This document shows positions 7,902 to 14,801 of a stretch of 20,000 bases of DNA, one piece after another. The stretch is taken from IMG/VR virus record IMGVR_UViG_3300047323_000263. The stretch is one strand, 5' to 3'. Every line of letters starts with the position of its first letter. Position 1 is the first letter of the stretch. The notes below the pieces were generated by a model, which was not told the DNA's origin, did no database searches, and saw nothing but the letters and a program-made list of their open reading frames with translations. A program made the position numbers and the translations under genes. The stretch comes from an uncultured virus (IMG/VR IMGVR_UViG_3300047323_000263) (taxonomy: Duplodnaviria; Heunggongvirae; Uroviricota; Caudoviricetes; Schitoviridae).

Positions 7902-8552
7902 TCATTCTAGGTCGACCTCCTTGTCTACGCGCACTGCCTGATGTGTATCGAACATCTGGCACAGCTCGTCGTAGCAGCGCAGCAAGTCATCCTTGCTGAG
8001 TTGACGGAAGTCGGGAATTGTCTTCGAAGGTTTGTAATCGGAAAGACCAAACCGGCCTCGGGCCTTCAGCACCGCTGAATCCCCAAAAAACACCGGAATC
8101 ATGGGCGTGATCAGCGTCGTTTCACGGCGATCCATCACCGCTTCCAGCCACTGATCAGCGAACATGTGCTGCTCATTCGTCCAGCGCCACTCCGGATGCG
8201 CTTGCAAAGTCGGGCGATGAAAATAGGACGCCTGAACGTTGTCTATCCAGGTGGTTTCTCCATCGCCGTGTGTTGCCTGAATGAGGTACTGCTGCTCAAC
8301 ACCGGTGTTGCGAACGCGCTTTAACCACGCCATGCGCCACTTGCTCTGACGGTGCCCGGTCAGCAGCAGCAGATCACCCTCTTTCAGCCCTGGTTCACCG
8401 GAGAGTTCCAGCGCAACGAAGCCGGCGTGTCCGCCAAACGTGCGTGGGCTCTCCTGCGCTGCGTTGTCGCCGCCGTAGATGCGCGAGACGCAGAAGTGCA
8501 GCAGATAGTCGGTGAGTTTCTGGTGTGCGATGTCGAAGTGTTGCGGGTTCAT
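7902..8552 (-). CDS. hypothetical protein
   Basis: 216 aa from ATG 8552 with GGGAG SD. Confidence 0.75.
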   Translation of the reverse strand: MNPQHFDIAHQKLTDYLLHFCVSRIYGGDNAAQESPRTFGGHAGFVALELSGEPGLKEGDLLLLTGHRQSKWRMAWLKRVRNTGVEQQYLIQATHGDGETTWIDNVQASYFHRPTLQAHPEWRWTNEQHMFADQWLEAVMDRRETTLITPMIPVFFGDSAVLKARGRFGLSDYKPSKTIPDFRQLSKDDLLRCYDELCQMFDTHQAVRVDKEVDLE

Positions 8553-8591
8553 GGCTGCTCTCCCTTCCCTCAAATTTAACTTGGGGGAAGT

Positions 8592-8978
8592 TTACGCAGC
8601 CAATCTGTAGCTCTCCGTGGGTAAACCCACACTTCGTTTACGGGCAGCCCGCCTCTTCTGATTCTTGAGGTGAGTGACCAGCTCCAGGTGCGCCGGGTTG
8701 CAGCACAGCCGTTGGTTGCACAGATGGTCGATCTGTTTCTTGCCGGGGATGTAGCCGAAGTAATGCGTGTAGACCACCAGGTGGGTGGCTACAGTCTGAC
8801 CATTGAGGGACATGCGGCCGTAGCCACCGCCCTTGCCTTCGCCGGAAGTCGGACCCTGCCAGATGTGACAGGGGCTTGGCATGCCATCCACCGTGAAGCC
8901 CAGATCTTCGACCAGCACCCGCTCCATGATCCGGTCAAGGATCGAGGACCGGCGATCGAGGAGGAACGCGGGTTTCAT
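8592..8978 (-). CDS. HNH endonuclease-family protein
   Basis: CHIWQG...GYGRM...H...IDHLCNQRLCCNPAHLELVTHLKN, an HNH_3-type motif. Confidence 0.88.
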   Translation of the reverse strand: MKPAFLLDRRSSILDRIMERVLVEDLGFTVDGMPSPCHIWQGPTSGEGKGGGYGRMSLNGQTVATHLVVYTHYFGYIPGKKQIDHLCNQRLCCNPAHLELVTHLKNQKRRAARKRSVGLPTESYRLAA

Positions 8979-9301
8979 GCTGCCATCCCCATCATCGCCT
9001 TCCAGTCCATGATGCAGATCACGCGCTGGTTGTTCGAGCAGAGCTCGGGCTGACCCGGCACGATGCCGTACCAGCGCAGATACCAGTCGCCGTCATACGT
9101 CCGGGTGTGGACGTTGATGGGCTGCGCTTTCCACATCTTGCCGGGGTAGACACCTGATGGCATCGACGTGGAGTACTCACGCAAGTTATCGAAGGCCTCT
9201 TGGCTCATCGTCGCGTGCGTGTCCGTCAGCAGAATGTCTGCGACGGCCGGCTGCGCCCAATGGTTGCCGAGCGCGTCGGTGATCGGAGGGATCATGTTCA
9301 C
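8975..9301 (-). CDS. hypothetical phage protein
   Basis: 108 aa with IPPITDALGNHWAQP and YSTSMPSGVYPGKMWK; coupled to neighbours, strong SD. Confidence 0.78.
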   Translation of the reverse strand: MNMIPPITDALGNHWAQPAVADILLTDTHATMSQEAFDNLREYSTSMPSGVYPGKMWKAQPINVHTRTYDGDWYLRWYGIVPGQPELCSNNQRVICIMDWKAMMGMAA

Positions 9302-9411
9302 GTCCCCTCCTTCGTGAGCTCCGCGACAGCCAGCAGCATTTCACGGAAGCAGTGGACGGTGCCGAGGGCGCAGAGCACGAAAGCGCCGATTTCGATGGGG
9401 GTGATGCTCAC
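9298..9411 (-). CDS. 37-aa hydrophobic peptide
   Basis: Manual ORF, GTG start, GTGA overlaps on both ends, AGGA SD. Confidence 0.55.
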   Translation of the reverse strand: MSITPIEIGAFVLCALGTVHCFREMLLAVAELTKEGT

Positions 9412-9725
9412 TTCCTTTCTCCTTGGTTCCAGAGTTGTTCGAGATGATCCAACCAACGAAAGCGATACAGCTGCCCTTGCTCGTGGCTGATCTCTCCCAA
9501 CCGGACACCGGCTTCACAGCACAGCCAGCTCTCCAAGAACTTGTGTTCACCCAGGCGGATCTGGATCATGTCGACCGCCTGTTCATACTGACGCGGCTCG
9601 ATGTTGCCGCTATCACATGCAACCAGCAGAGCGTGGCAGAGAAAACGCTCATGCGTCTTCGTTGCTTTGTAGTCCTTGCCATCCCACACGTATTGGCGTG
9701 CCACGCTGAACGGATTCTTGCCCAT
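9408..9725 (-). CDS. hypothetical protein
   Basis: 105 aa from ATG 9725; the longer start overlaps a terminator. Confidence 0.7.
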   Translation of the reverse strand: MGKNPFSVARQYVWDGKDYKATKTHERFLCHALLVACDSGNIEPRQYEQAVDMIQIRLGEHKFLESWLCCEAGVRLGEISHEQGQLYRFRWLDHLEQLWNQGERK

Positions 9726-9758
9726 CTTTACTTCCCACTCCAAAGCGCAAAGCAATTT

Positions 9759-9780
9759 AAAAAGGCCCACATCGCAGGCC
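9759..9780 (-). terminator. probable Rho-independent terminator
   Basis: GGCCTGC-GAT-GTGGGCC-TTTTT on the minus strand (2 GU pairs). Confidence 0.6.
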
Positions 9781-10062
9781 CGGTAAGGCAGGGTAAATCC
9801 GTATGGACTGGAATTTTTACTGGCTGCATTCGGTAGACGGTATTTTGCGTTAACCGTTTGCGAATGTGAAGAGATTTTTCAAGATGTGTCGAATCGTAAA
9901 AATCCTTCCCCTTTTCAAAGCCCCGACGTTCTGATAACCCCGTGTTTTCTTAAGGCTCCCTTAATGTTTAAGTCTTTGATTTTGCACGAATCACCTACTT
10001 TGTAGTACCTGATACGTACACGAAGCAAACATTACAAACCTTCCAACCGGTCAGGAAATTTC

Positions 10063-10080
10063 CCTCAAACACATCTCTAA
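10063..10080. promoter_or_regulatory. conserved 18-bp motif copy D (CCTCAAA-CACATC-TCTAA)
   Basis: Exact match; overlaps the -10/+1 of a candidate sigma70 promoter. Confidence 0.72.
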
Positions 10081-10108
10081 TGTACCCGTCCGTAAGGCTT
10101 CGGATCAA
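10079..10108 (-). promoter_or_regulatory. candidate sigma70-type promoter
   Basis: TTGATC-18 bp-TACATT, with the same -10 hexamer as at 4582 and 12779. Confidence 0.5.
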
Positions 10109-10186
10109 TGACTCTTACACTGTTCATGCGTACAGTAATAATTTCCGTCACGTAAACGCCACAAATGTTTTGTCTATCCCAATCGG

Positions 10187-10215
10187 AAATAATGGGGCCA
10201 CCCGAAGATGGCCCC
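10187..10215 (-). terminator. terminator after RNAP2
   Basis: GGGGCCATC-TTCG-GGTGGCCCC-ATTATTT: cUUCGg loop, 9-bp stem. Confidence 0.8.
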
Positions 10216-10233
10216 GAATTTCATTACTGAGTC

Positions 10234-11445
10234 TTACGACAGCGCGTATTCAGCAGACATAATGTCCTGCCACATCGTCGGATCGAGCTTCGGGATTGCG
10301 ACGCTTTGACGCATGTGCTGGCCGATGACGAACGACAGCAGGTCCGACTTGGCGATCAGCATGAGCTGACGGTTGTACTGCTCGCGCAGGTCGTTGCCGT
10401 AGTTCGGCAGGCAGCGGAAGCAATCGTGAATAGCGATCACTTCGAAGGGCTTCGCCGGCAGCGAGTCGATCAGTTCCCGGATCTCCGCGTTGCCCACCAG
10501 GTCCACGTTGTCCGGATGCAGGTGATCGAGGATGCGGGCCGACAGGTAGCCCGAGTCCTTGTAGTGCTTCCACAGCTTCATCACCATCTCGTCGTCCTCG
10601 TCCGAGGCGAGCGACAGGCCTTCGCCCATGAGCGCCTTCTTGACGCGCTCGATGACAGCCGGGCTGTAGTTGCAGCGGCGGCCCATTTCCCGAACGATCA
10701 TGCCGTCGATCGAGTGGATGGTGTTCGCGCCGAGGCTGCGGCCGCTCTCCTTCGCCTGGTTGACTTCGCGGAAGGTGTCAATCGGCTCGTTGAGGAAGTG
10801 AACCGTCTCCTGCACCTTGGTCATCACCTTCACGTGAACGTGGAAGTTATCCGGCAGCACCCACGAGTTGACGAGCGCTTCGGCGTCCCAGAGCTTCAGG
10901 AAGAACTGGTTGAGCTCCCACGCGGCCGGTGCGGCACCTGCCATGACGTGGTAGAAGGCGGACAGCAGCGGGCCTTCTCCGAAGATCTCACGCGGCTCAC
11001 GCTCGGAACCATAGAGGGAAGTCATGATCGCCTGCTTGCAGTCATCACGCTTGATCTTGGCGCCCTCTCCGACCACATCCAGCATGTAGCCGTAGATGAT
11101 TGTGTAGGCGTCGGCCCGCTCCGCCACGCTCTGCACCCAGCGGTTGACCACGTTGCAGATCTCGGCAGCACGGCGGTCGCCCGTGAGTGCGGCGAGCAGT
11201 TGCAGGCCCGAGCTGGTCGCATCGAGCGAGATCGGGTAACCGCAGGGAATACCCTGCACTGCCTTCTCGTAGGCCTTCACGCCCGCGTAGTAGAGCGCCG
11301 GCGTCTCGGCAGTGGCCAACATCTCGTGCAGGTGGTCCTCGTGCTCGGCAAACCAGTCGAGGCGCTCTTCCCACTTGGCCTTGTCCAGCCCGTAGCTCGA
11401 GGCGATGTCCATTTTCAGGTATTGCATTCCGGTGAACTTTTGCAT
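10234..11445 (-). CDS. N4-like RNA polymerase II subunit 2 (RNAP2, gp16-like)
   Basis: 403 aa from ATG 11445; T7-family motif A LDATSSGLQ, motif B KQAIMTSLYG, motif C IHDCF. Confidence 0.95.
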   Translation of the reverse strand: MQKFTGMQYLKMDIASSYGLDKAKWEERLDWFAEHEDHLHEMLATAETPALYYAGVKAYEKAVQGIPCGYPISLDATSSGLQLLAALTGDRRAAEICNVVNRWVQSVAERADAYTIIYGYMLDVVGEGAKIKRDDCKQAIMTSLYGSEREPREIFGEGPLLSAFYHVMAGAAPAAWELNQFFLKLWDAEALVNSWVLPDNFHVHVKVMTKVQETVHFLNEPIDTFREVNQAKESGRSLGANTIHSIDGMIVREMGRRCNYSPAVIERVKKALMGEGLSLASDEDDEMVMKLWKHYKDSGYLSARILDHLHPDNVDLVGNAEIRELIDSLPAKPFEVIAIHDCFRCLPNYGNDLREQYNRQLMLIAKSDLLSFVIGQHMRQSVAIPKLDPTMWQDIMSAEYALS

Positions 11446-11476
11446 GATTGGCCTCTTAAAGTCCGATTGAACAACC

Positions 11477-11511
11477 AAAAAGAAAAAGGCCACCGGGTTA
11501 GGGTGGCCTTT
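11477..11511 (-). terminator. terminator closing the plasmid-like cassette
   Basis: AAAGGCCACC-CTAACCC-GGTGGCC-TTTTTCTTTTT on the minus strand. Confidence 0.85.
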
Positions 11512-11537
11512 CGATAACAGTGGTACTGCGGTGATTG

Positions 11538-11732
11538 CTACAGACGCTCGCGTGCGTATTTGACGAAGGCTGAAAGCCTCAGTCGAAGGCGTAGCTCGAA
11601 CTTTTCTGCGCGGGGGTGCGCCAGTGTTGCGGCGAATTGCTCTACCACGACCTTGGCTCGGTCCCCTTCCGCGCGCTGAAGCATCTCGAATGCTGCTTCT
11701 AGCTCTGTCTCCGTCATCGGTGAATCAGTCAC
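11538..11732 (-). CDS. small hypothetical protein
   Basis: 64 aa, GTGA overlap with the upstream gene. Confidence 0.6.
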   Translation of the reverse strand: MTDSPMTETELEAAFEMLQRAEGDRAKVVVEQFAATLAHPRAEKFELRLRLRLSAFVKYARERL

Positions 11733-11983
11733 GACACGATTTCCAGTCGCTTCTCGATGCGGTCCAGCCGTTTGCGCAAGCCGTCGAGCTCGCGGTTCTG
11801 GCGTGCGTCAGCGCCTACGATGTCGCCCAGGTGGTGCAGCATGCCGGCGTAGTGCTCCTCGAGCGTGTTGAGGCGCAGCTTCACGTCACCGAAGCCTTCC
11901 TGCATCTCTTGACGCATTGCCTTCACGTCGTTGCGCAGTGCAACAAGGGTTTCGTGCATCAGCTTCATGTCGGGTTCTGGCAT
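11729..11983 (-). CDS. small coiled-coil protein
   Basis: 84 aa with heptad pattern (...LRKRLDRIEKRLEIV), AGGAG SD. Confidence 0.75.
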   Translation of the reverse strand: MPEPDMKLMHETLVALRNDVKAMRQEMQEGFGDVKLRLNTLEEHYAGMLHHLGDIVGADARQNRELDGLRKRLDRIEKRLEIVS

Positions 11984-11995
11984 GTGGGCTCCTGG

Positions 11996-12751
11996 TCAGA
12001 ATAGAAGTTTGGTTTGAGGATCCGGTTCGAACTCGAAGCGCAGGGCAATGACCTTGCGTCCGGCGTTGACCGGTGACCATTTGACGATCAGTCCGTTCTT
12101 CTCGCGCAACTCCTTGACTGCTGGCTCGATGATTCTCTCGCGCAGTGCTTTGAAGTTCGCCCGGTAGGTCGGGCTGGCTTCCATCACGTCCTGAAACTCT
12201 TCGATGGTCGGGGAGTAGCGGCCGGCGCCCTGCCACGACTTGAGGCACTCGAACAGCCGCCACGAGTAGATCGAGCGGAACGCTGCCGCGTGCTTGAGCT
12301 TGTACGTGGTGAACTCGGTGCGCAGGCCGAATAGGAACGGCACCAGGTCGGGATGCCAGCGGACCTCTACGGTGCCCTCGCCCTTCGCGTACTTGCCTGT
12401 GATGACCCAGGCCCGCACTTCCCGGACGACGCCTCGTCTGCCGGGCATCTCCACGACGACCTTGGGCTTCTGGAGCTCCTCGGCACCGGATTGCAGCTGC
12501 TGGTAAGCGGCGTCGAGCGTAATGCCGAAAGTCTCGGCGTACTCCATTGCCGACAGCTTGACCGTCTGCATCTGCTCGCTGAACAGGCCGCGGGTGTCCG
12601 TGCTGTCGGTCTTGGCCAGCGCTGCTGCGATGAATCGCTTCTCAGGCAGGCTCAGTCCGTGAGCTGAACGGGTGACGGCATTGGCCATGTTCACCTTGCG
12701 GTCTGCAATGGCGGTCTGGCTGGTCGGTTTGGCAGTGAGAGTGTTGGGCAT
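11996..12751 (-). CDS. repB: plasmid replication initiator, Rep_3 / RepB (RepE/pi-like winged-helix) family
   Basis: NAVTRSAHGLSLPEKRFI, AYQQL, WV...Y..GEG.VEVRWHPDLVPFLFGLRTEFTTYKL, SIYSWRLFECL, FKALRERIIEPAVKEL and GRKVIALRFEF are typical Rep_3 motifs; adjacent to iterons. Confidence 0.93.
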   Translation of the reverse strand: MPNTLTAKPTSQTAIADRKVNMANAVTRSAHGLSLPEKRFIAAALAKTDSTDTRGLFSEQMQTVKLSAMEYAETFGITLDAAYQQLQSGAEELQKPKVVVEMPGRRGVVREVRAWVITGKYAKGEGTVEVRWHPDLVPFLFGLRTEFTTYKLKHAAAFRSIYSWRLFECLKSWQGAGRYSPTIEEFQDVMEASPTYRANFKALRERIIEPAVKELREKNGLIVKWSPVNAGRKVIALRFEFEPDPQTKLLF

Positions 12752-12769
12752 TGGAACAGTCGCTCGGTT
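12749..12769 (+). repeat. solitary iteron overlapping the rep start codon
   Basis: CATTGGAACAGTCGCTCGGTT closely matches the iteron consensus. Confidence 0.8.
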
Positions 12770-12778
12770 AATGGAACG

Positions 12779-12808
12779 AATGTATCACTGCGTGCCAATT
12801 GGTGGCAA
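12779..12808 (-). promoter_or_regulatory. candidate rep promoter
   Basis: TTGCCA-18 bp-TACATT with extended -10 TG (TGaTACATT); GTGCCAAT occurs twice nearby. Confidence 0.55.
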
Positions 12809-12837
12809 TGACGGAGCATGTGCCAATAGGTTTCCCC

Positions 12838-12873
12838 CGTTTTGTATACGTTTTACCGTTTTACTACGTTTTA
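12838..12873. repeat. AT-rich tract with 4 x CGTTTT (putative DNA unwinding element)
   Basis: CGTTTTGTATACGTTTTACCGTTTTACTACGTTTTA between the iterons and rep. Confidence 0.7.
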
Positions 12874-12913
12874 GGCACCCTTCGAGCCTTGCTGGGCATG
12901 GCTTTGCGGGGCG

Positions 12914-12997
12914 CTATTGGAACAGCCACTCGGTTCTATTGGAACAGCGGCTCGGTTCATTGGCACAGCCACTCGGTCTATGGAACAGCCACTCGGT
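12914..12997 (+). repeat. four tandem 20-22 bp iterons (plasmid origin)
   Basis: CTATTGGAACAGCCACTCGGTT / CTATTGGAACAGCGGCTCGGTT / CATTGGCACAGCCACTCGGT / CTATGGAACAGCCACTCGGT. Confidence 0.92.
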
Positions 12998-12998
12998 C

Positions 12999-13007
12999 GT
13001 ATCCACA
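12999..13007 (+). promoter_or_regulatory. DnaA box-like site
   Basis: GTATCCACA is an 8/9 match to TTATCCACA and abuts the iteron array. Confidence 0.65.
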
Positions 13008-13010
13008 GGC

Positions 13011-13244
13011 TTATTCGGCGTATCCCATTTTGATCAGACGAGTGAATGCGTCCTCCACCGCGCGCTCCGGGATGCCGAGCTGCTCGGTAATCTTCTCCAT
13101 TGAGACAGGCTCGTTGAAATACTGCTGGGTGCAGAGGTACGAGAACACCGTGAAGGCGTTGGCCTTCATCTTGGCCATGACTCCGCTAAGAATCAGATCA
13201 CGGAGTTCCTGATCGTTGGGAACGTGTTTGATGCGCGGGATCAT
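13011..13244 (-). CDS. small winged helix-turn-helix protein
   Basis: 77 aa; AFTVFSYL...SMEKITEQLGIPERAVEDAFTRLIKMGY is a wHTH pattern; GGAGG SD. Confidence 0.75.
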   Translation of the reverse strand: MIPRIKHVPNDQELRDLILSGVMAKMKANAFTVFSYLCTQQYFNEPVSMEKITEQLGIPERAVEDAFTRLIKMGYAE

Positions 13245-13245
13245 G

Positions 13246-13599
13246 TCAGTAGCCCTCCTTCTCGGCTTTGGCGATCTCGCGGTCGATCGCCTTCTCCAGT
13301 GTGTCGGTCACGAATGACTTCAGGTTCGGGATGCGATCCCACGTCTTCAGCATGTGGAGCTTGGTCTTGATGCGCTTGGGCACATCGAAGTTGGCCTGCA
13401 CGATCTCGTCCTGCCCGTCCCACGGCCGTCGGCGGCGCGGCTCCTCCCTATCTTCCTTGGTTCCTAGGTGGCTAGGTTCCTTGCTAGGTAGGTTGGTAGG
13501 TAGACTGATAGGTTCCAAGGTAGCTTCGTTGCTAGGCTCGGATGGAACGGCTGCGCTCCGGCGTGCCAGCACAAGGCCTTCGAGATGGTCTTTAGACAT
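13246..13599 (-). CDS. ribbon-helix-helix centromere-binding protein (type Ib ParB/ParG-like)
   Basis: ATG overlaps the parA 3' end; disordered N-terminus followed by a C-terminal RHH pattern QANFDVP-KRIKTKLHMLK-NLKSFVTDTLEKAI. Confidence 0.75.
   Translation of the reverse strand: MSKDHLEGLVLARRSAAVPSEPSNEATLEPISLPTNLPSKEPSHLGTKEDREEPRRRRPWDGQDEIVQANFDVPKRIKTKLHMLKTWDRIPNLKSFVTDTLEKAIDREIAKAEKEGY
13457..13536. repeat. 4-bp-periodic TAGG/WWSS array inside the RHH gene (putative centromere)
   Basis: ttgg ttcc tagg tggc tagg ttcc ttgc tagg tagg ttgg tagg taga ctga tagg ttcc aagg tagc ttcg ttgc tagg. Confidence 0.65.
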
Positions 13600-14230
13600 G
13601 AGCAGCCACCTTTCGCTCAAGGCGTTCGACGATGAACGCGGTCATATCCTTCACCAGAATCGACGGCGAGCCCTTGTAGAACTCGGTGATGCCCTGGCCC
13701 TTGGCCAGCGCCTGCCAGTAGCGATTGTTGGTCGGAATGTGGCCGGGGATGATCGGGCCGACGGCCGCCAGCTTGTTGCGAGCTGAACTCGCCACCGCAT
13801 TGCCGTGCGTCTCGTTGAGCAGGAAGATGAACTTCTTGCCTTCCTCATCGCACAGGTCGACCGTCGGCATGACTGCCTCGAGGTCGCCTACAGCATGCTT
13901 ACAGGGGATGATGACCAGATCCGCCACTTTAATGGCTTCCCGGTTGATCGGTGCCACCTGCGGCGGGGTGTCGATGATGCACCACTTGAAGAGCCCGGAC
14001 TTCTTGAGCTTGGCGTGCTCGTGGGCGAGTGCGGCCGCATCCTTGATGATGGCGAATGACGGCGTGTCGGTGGTCTTGCTGCGGCGATTCCACCAGCCGG
14101 CGTGAGTGCCTTGCCGGTCCAGGTCCATCGTGACGACTGGGCCGAATTCCTCGAGCGCCACACACAGATGGGCTGCGTGCAGGCTCTTGCCTACTCCGCC
14201 TTTCAGGCAGGAGAAGACGATTGTTTTCAT
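13592..14230 (-). CDS. parA: ParA partition ATPase (short, type Ib)
   Basis: 212 aa; deviant Walker A KGGVGKS, DLDRQG, IIDTPP, ADLVIIP; no N-terminal HTH. Confidence 0.93.
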   Translation of the reverse strand: MKTIVFSCLKGGVGKSLHAAHLCVALEEFGPVVTMDLDRQGTHAGWWNRRSKTTDTPSFAIIKDAAALAHEHAKLKKSGLFKWCIIDTPPQVAPINREAIKVADLVIIPCKHAVGDLEAVMPTVDLCDEEGKKFIFLLNETHGNAVASSARNKLAAVGPIIPGHIPTNNRYWQALAKGQGITEFYKGSPSILVKDMTAFIVERLERKVAAHV

Positions 14231-14276
14231 GCTGAACTCCTCGAAGGTTGGTTCAGCACGGAAGCGTATACGAATT

Positions 14277-14344
14277 TAGGTAGGAATCAAGGTAGACCGG
14301 TAGCTAACTAGCTCCCTATCTACCTAGCTCCCTAGCAACCTAGG
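14277..14344. repeat. 4-bp-periodic array upstream of parA (putative centromere/operator)
   Basis: tagg tagg aatc aagg taga ccgg tagc taac tagc tccc tatc tacc tagc tccc tagc aacc tagg; overlaps a weak TTGATT-16-TACGCT promoter candidate. Confidence 0.7.
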
Positions 14345-14345
14345 C

Positions 14346-14642
14346 CTACGCAGCCTTGTCCAGTGCGGGTTCGAAGTGAATCGACAGCATGTCGAGCGCA
14401 TAGACCAAGGCCTGCATTGCGTGTGCTCCGCGGCCCAGATTGATCGCTTGCTCGGTGCCACGGATGCGCACCTGAAGGTTGCCGTCGTCGAGCAGCTCGA
14501 GCACCGTGCTGTTGACCATCGTGATGCCGATGCTCGGCTGGGCGAGCGGGGCAGGGGAGTGGGCCTGCGCCGGTGCGGGGACCGGTTCACGAGCACGCTC
14601 GTTGATTGCGTCGTAGGCCGGATAGCGCCAGGTGGTTTTCAT
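14346..14642 (-). CDS. hypothetical protein with Pro/Ala linker
   Basis: 98 aa ORF packed downstream of the RNAP1 cluster. Confidence 0.65.
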   Translation of the reverse strand: MKTTWRYPAYDAINERAREPVPAPAQAHSPAPLAQPSIGITMVNSTVLELLDDGNLQVRIRGTEQAINLGRGAHAMQALVYALDMLSIHFEPALDKAA

Positions 14643-14645
14643 GCT

Positions 14646-14801
14646 TTAGCCTTTCGTTGATTTGAAAATGGTGCATGCTCCGCCCGCATGGCGGATACGA
14701 TTGGCCAGCTTCACGGCCTCGTACCAGTTCTCGGTCGAGAGCAGCACCTTGGAGTTAATGTCGGAGACGACGATGTATTCGATCGAGACTTGCGTTTTCA
14801 T
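14646..14801 (-). CDS. 51-aa hypothetical protein (MKTQVSIEYIVVSD...)
   Basis: Manual ORF, ATGA overlap with the RNAP1 stop, GAGGA SD. Confidence 0.65.
   Translation of the reverse strand: MKTQVSIEYIVVSDINSKVLLSTENWYEAVKLANRIRHAGGACTIFKSTKG

Noticed and set aside
8592..8978. HNH gene as part of a mobile intron or intein
   Set aside because: It is free-standing, coupled to the upstream ORF, and does not interrupt any recognisable gene.
9726..10233. Possible protelomerase (telRL) site or tRNA in the large intergenic gap
   Set aside because: No long perfect palindrome and no cloverleaf or T-loop consensus visible.
10306..11517. 403-aa plus-strand ORF
   Set aside because: Lies antisense to RNAP2, whose catalytic motifs are clear; shadow ORF.
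12001..12019. ATAGA-N7-TTTGAGG at the end of rep, resembling the dispersed motif
   Set aside because: Wrong spacer length, one arm mismatch, and inside a CDS.
12914..12997. Tandem repeats considered as a mini CRISPR array
   Set aside because: The repeats are contiguous with no unique spacers and sit beside a Rep_3 gene and DnaA box, so they are iterons.
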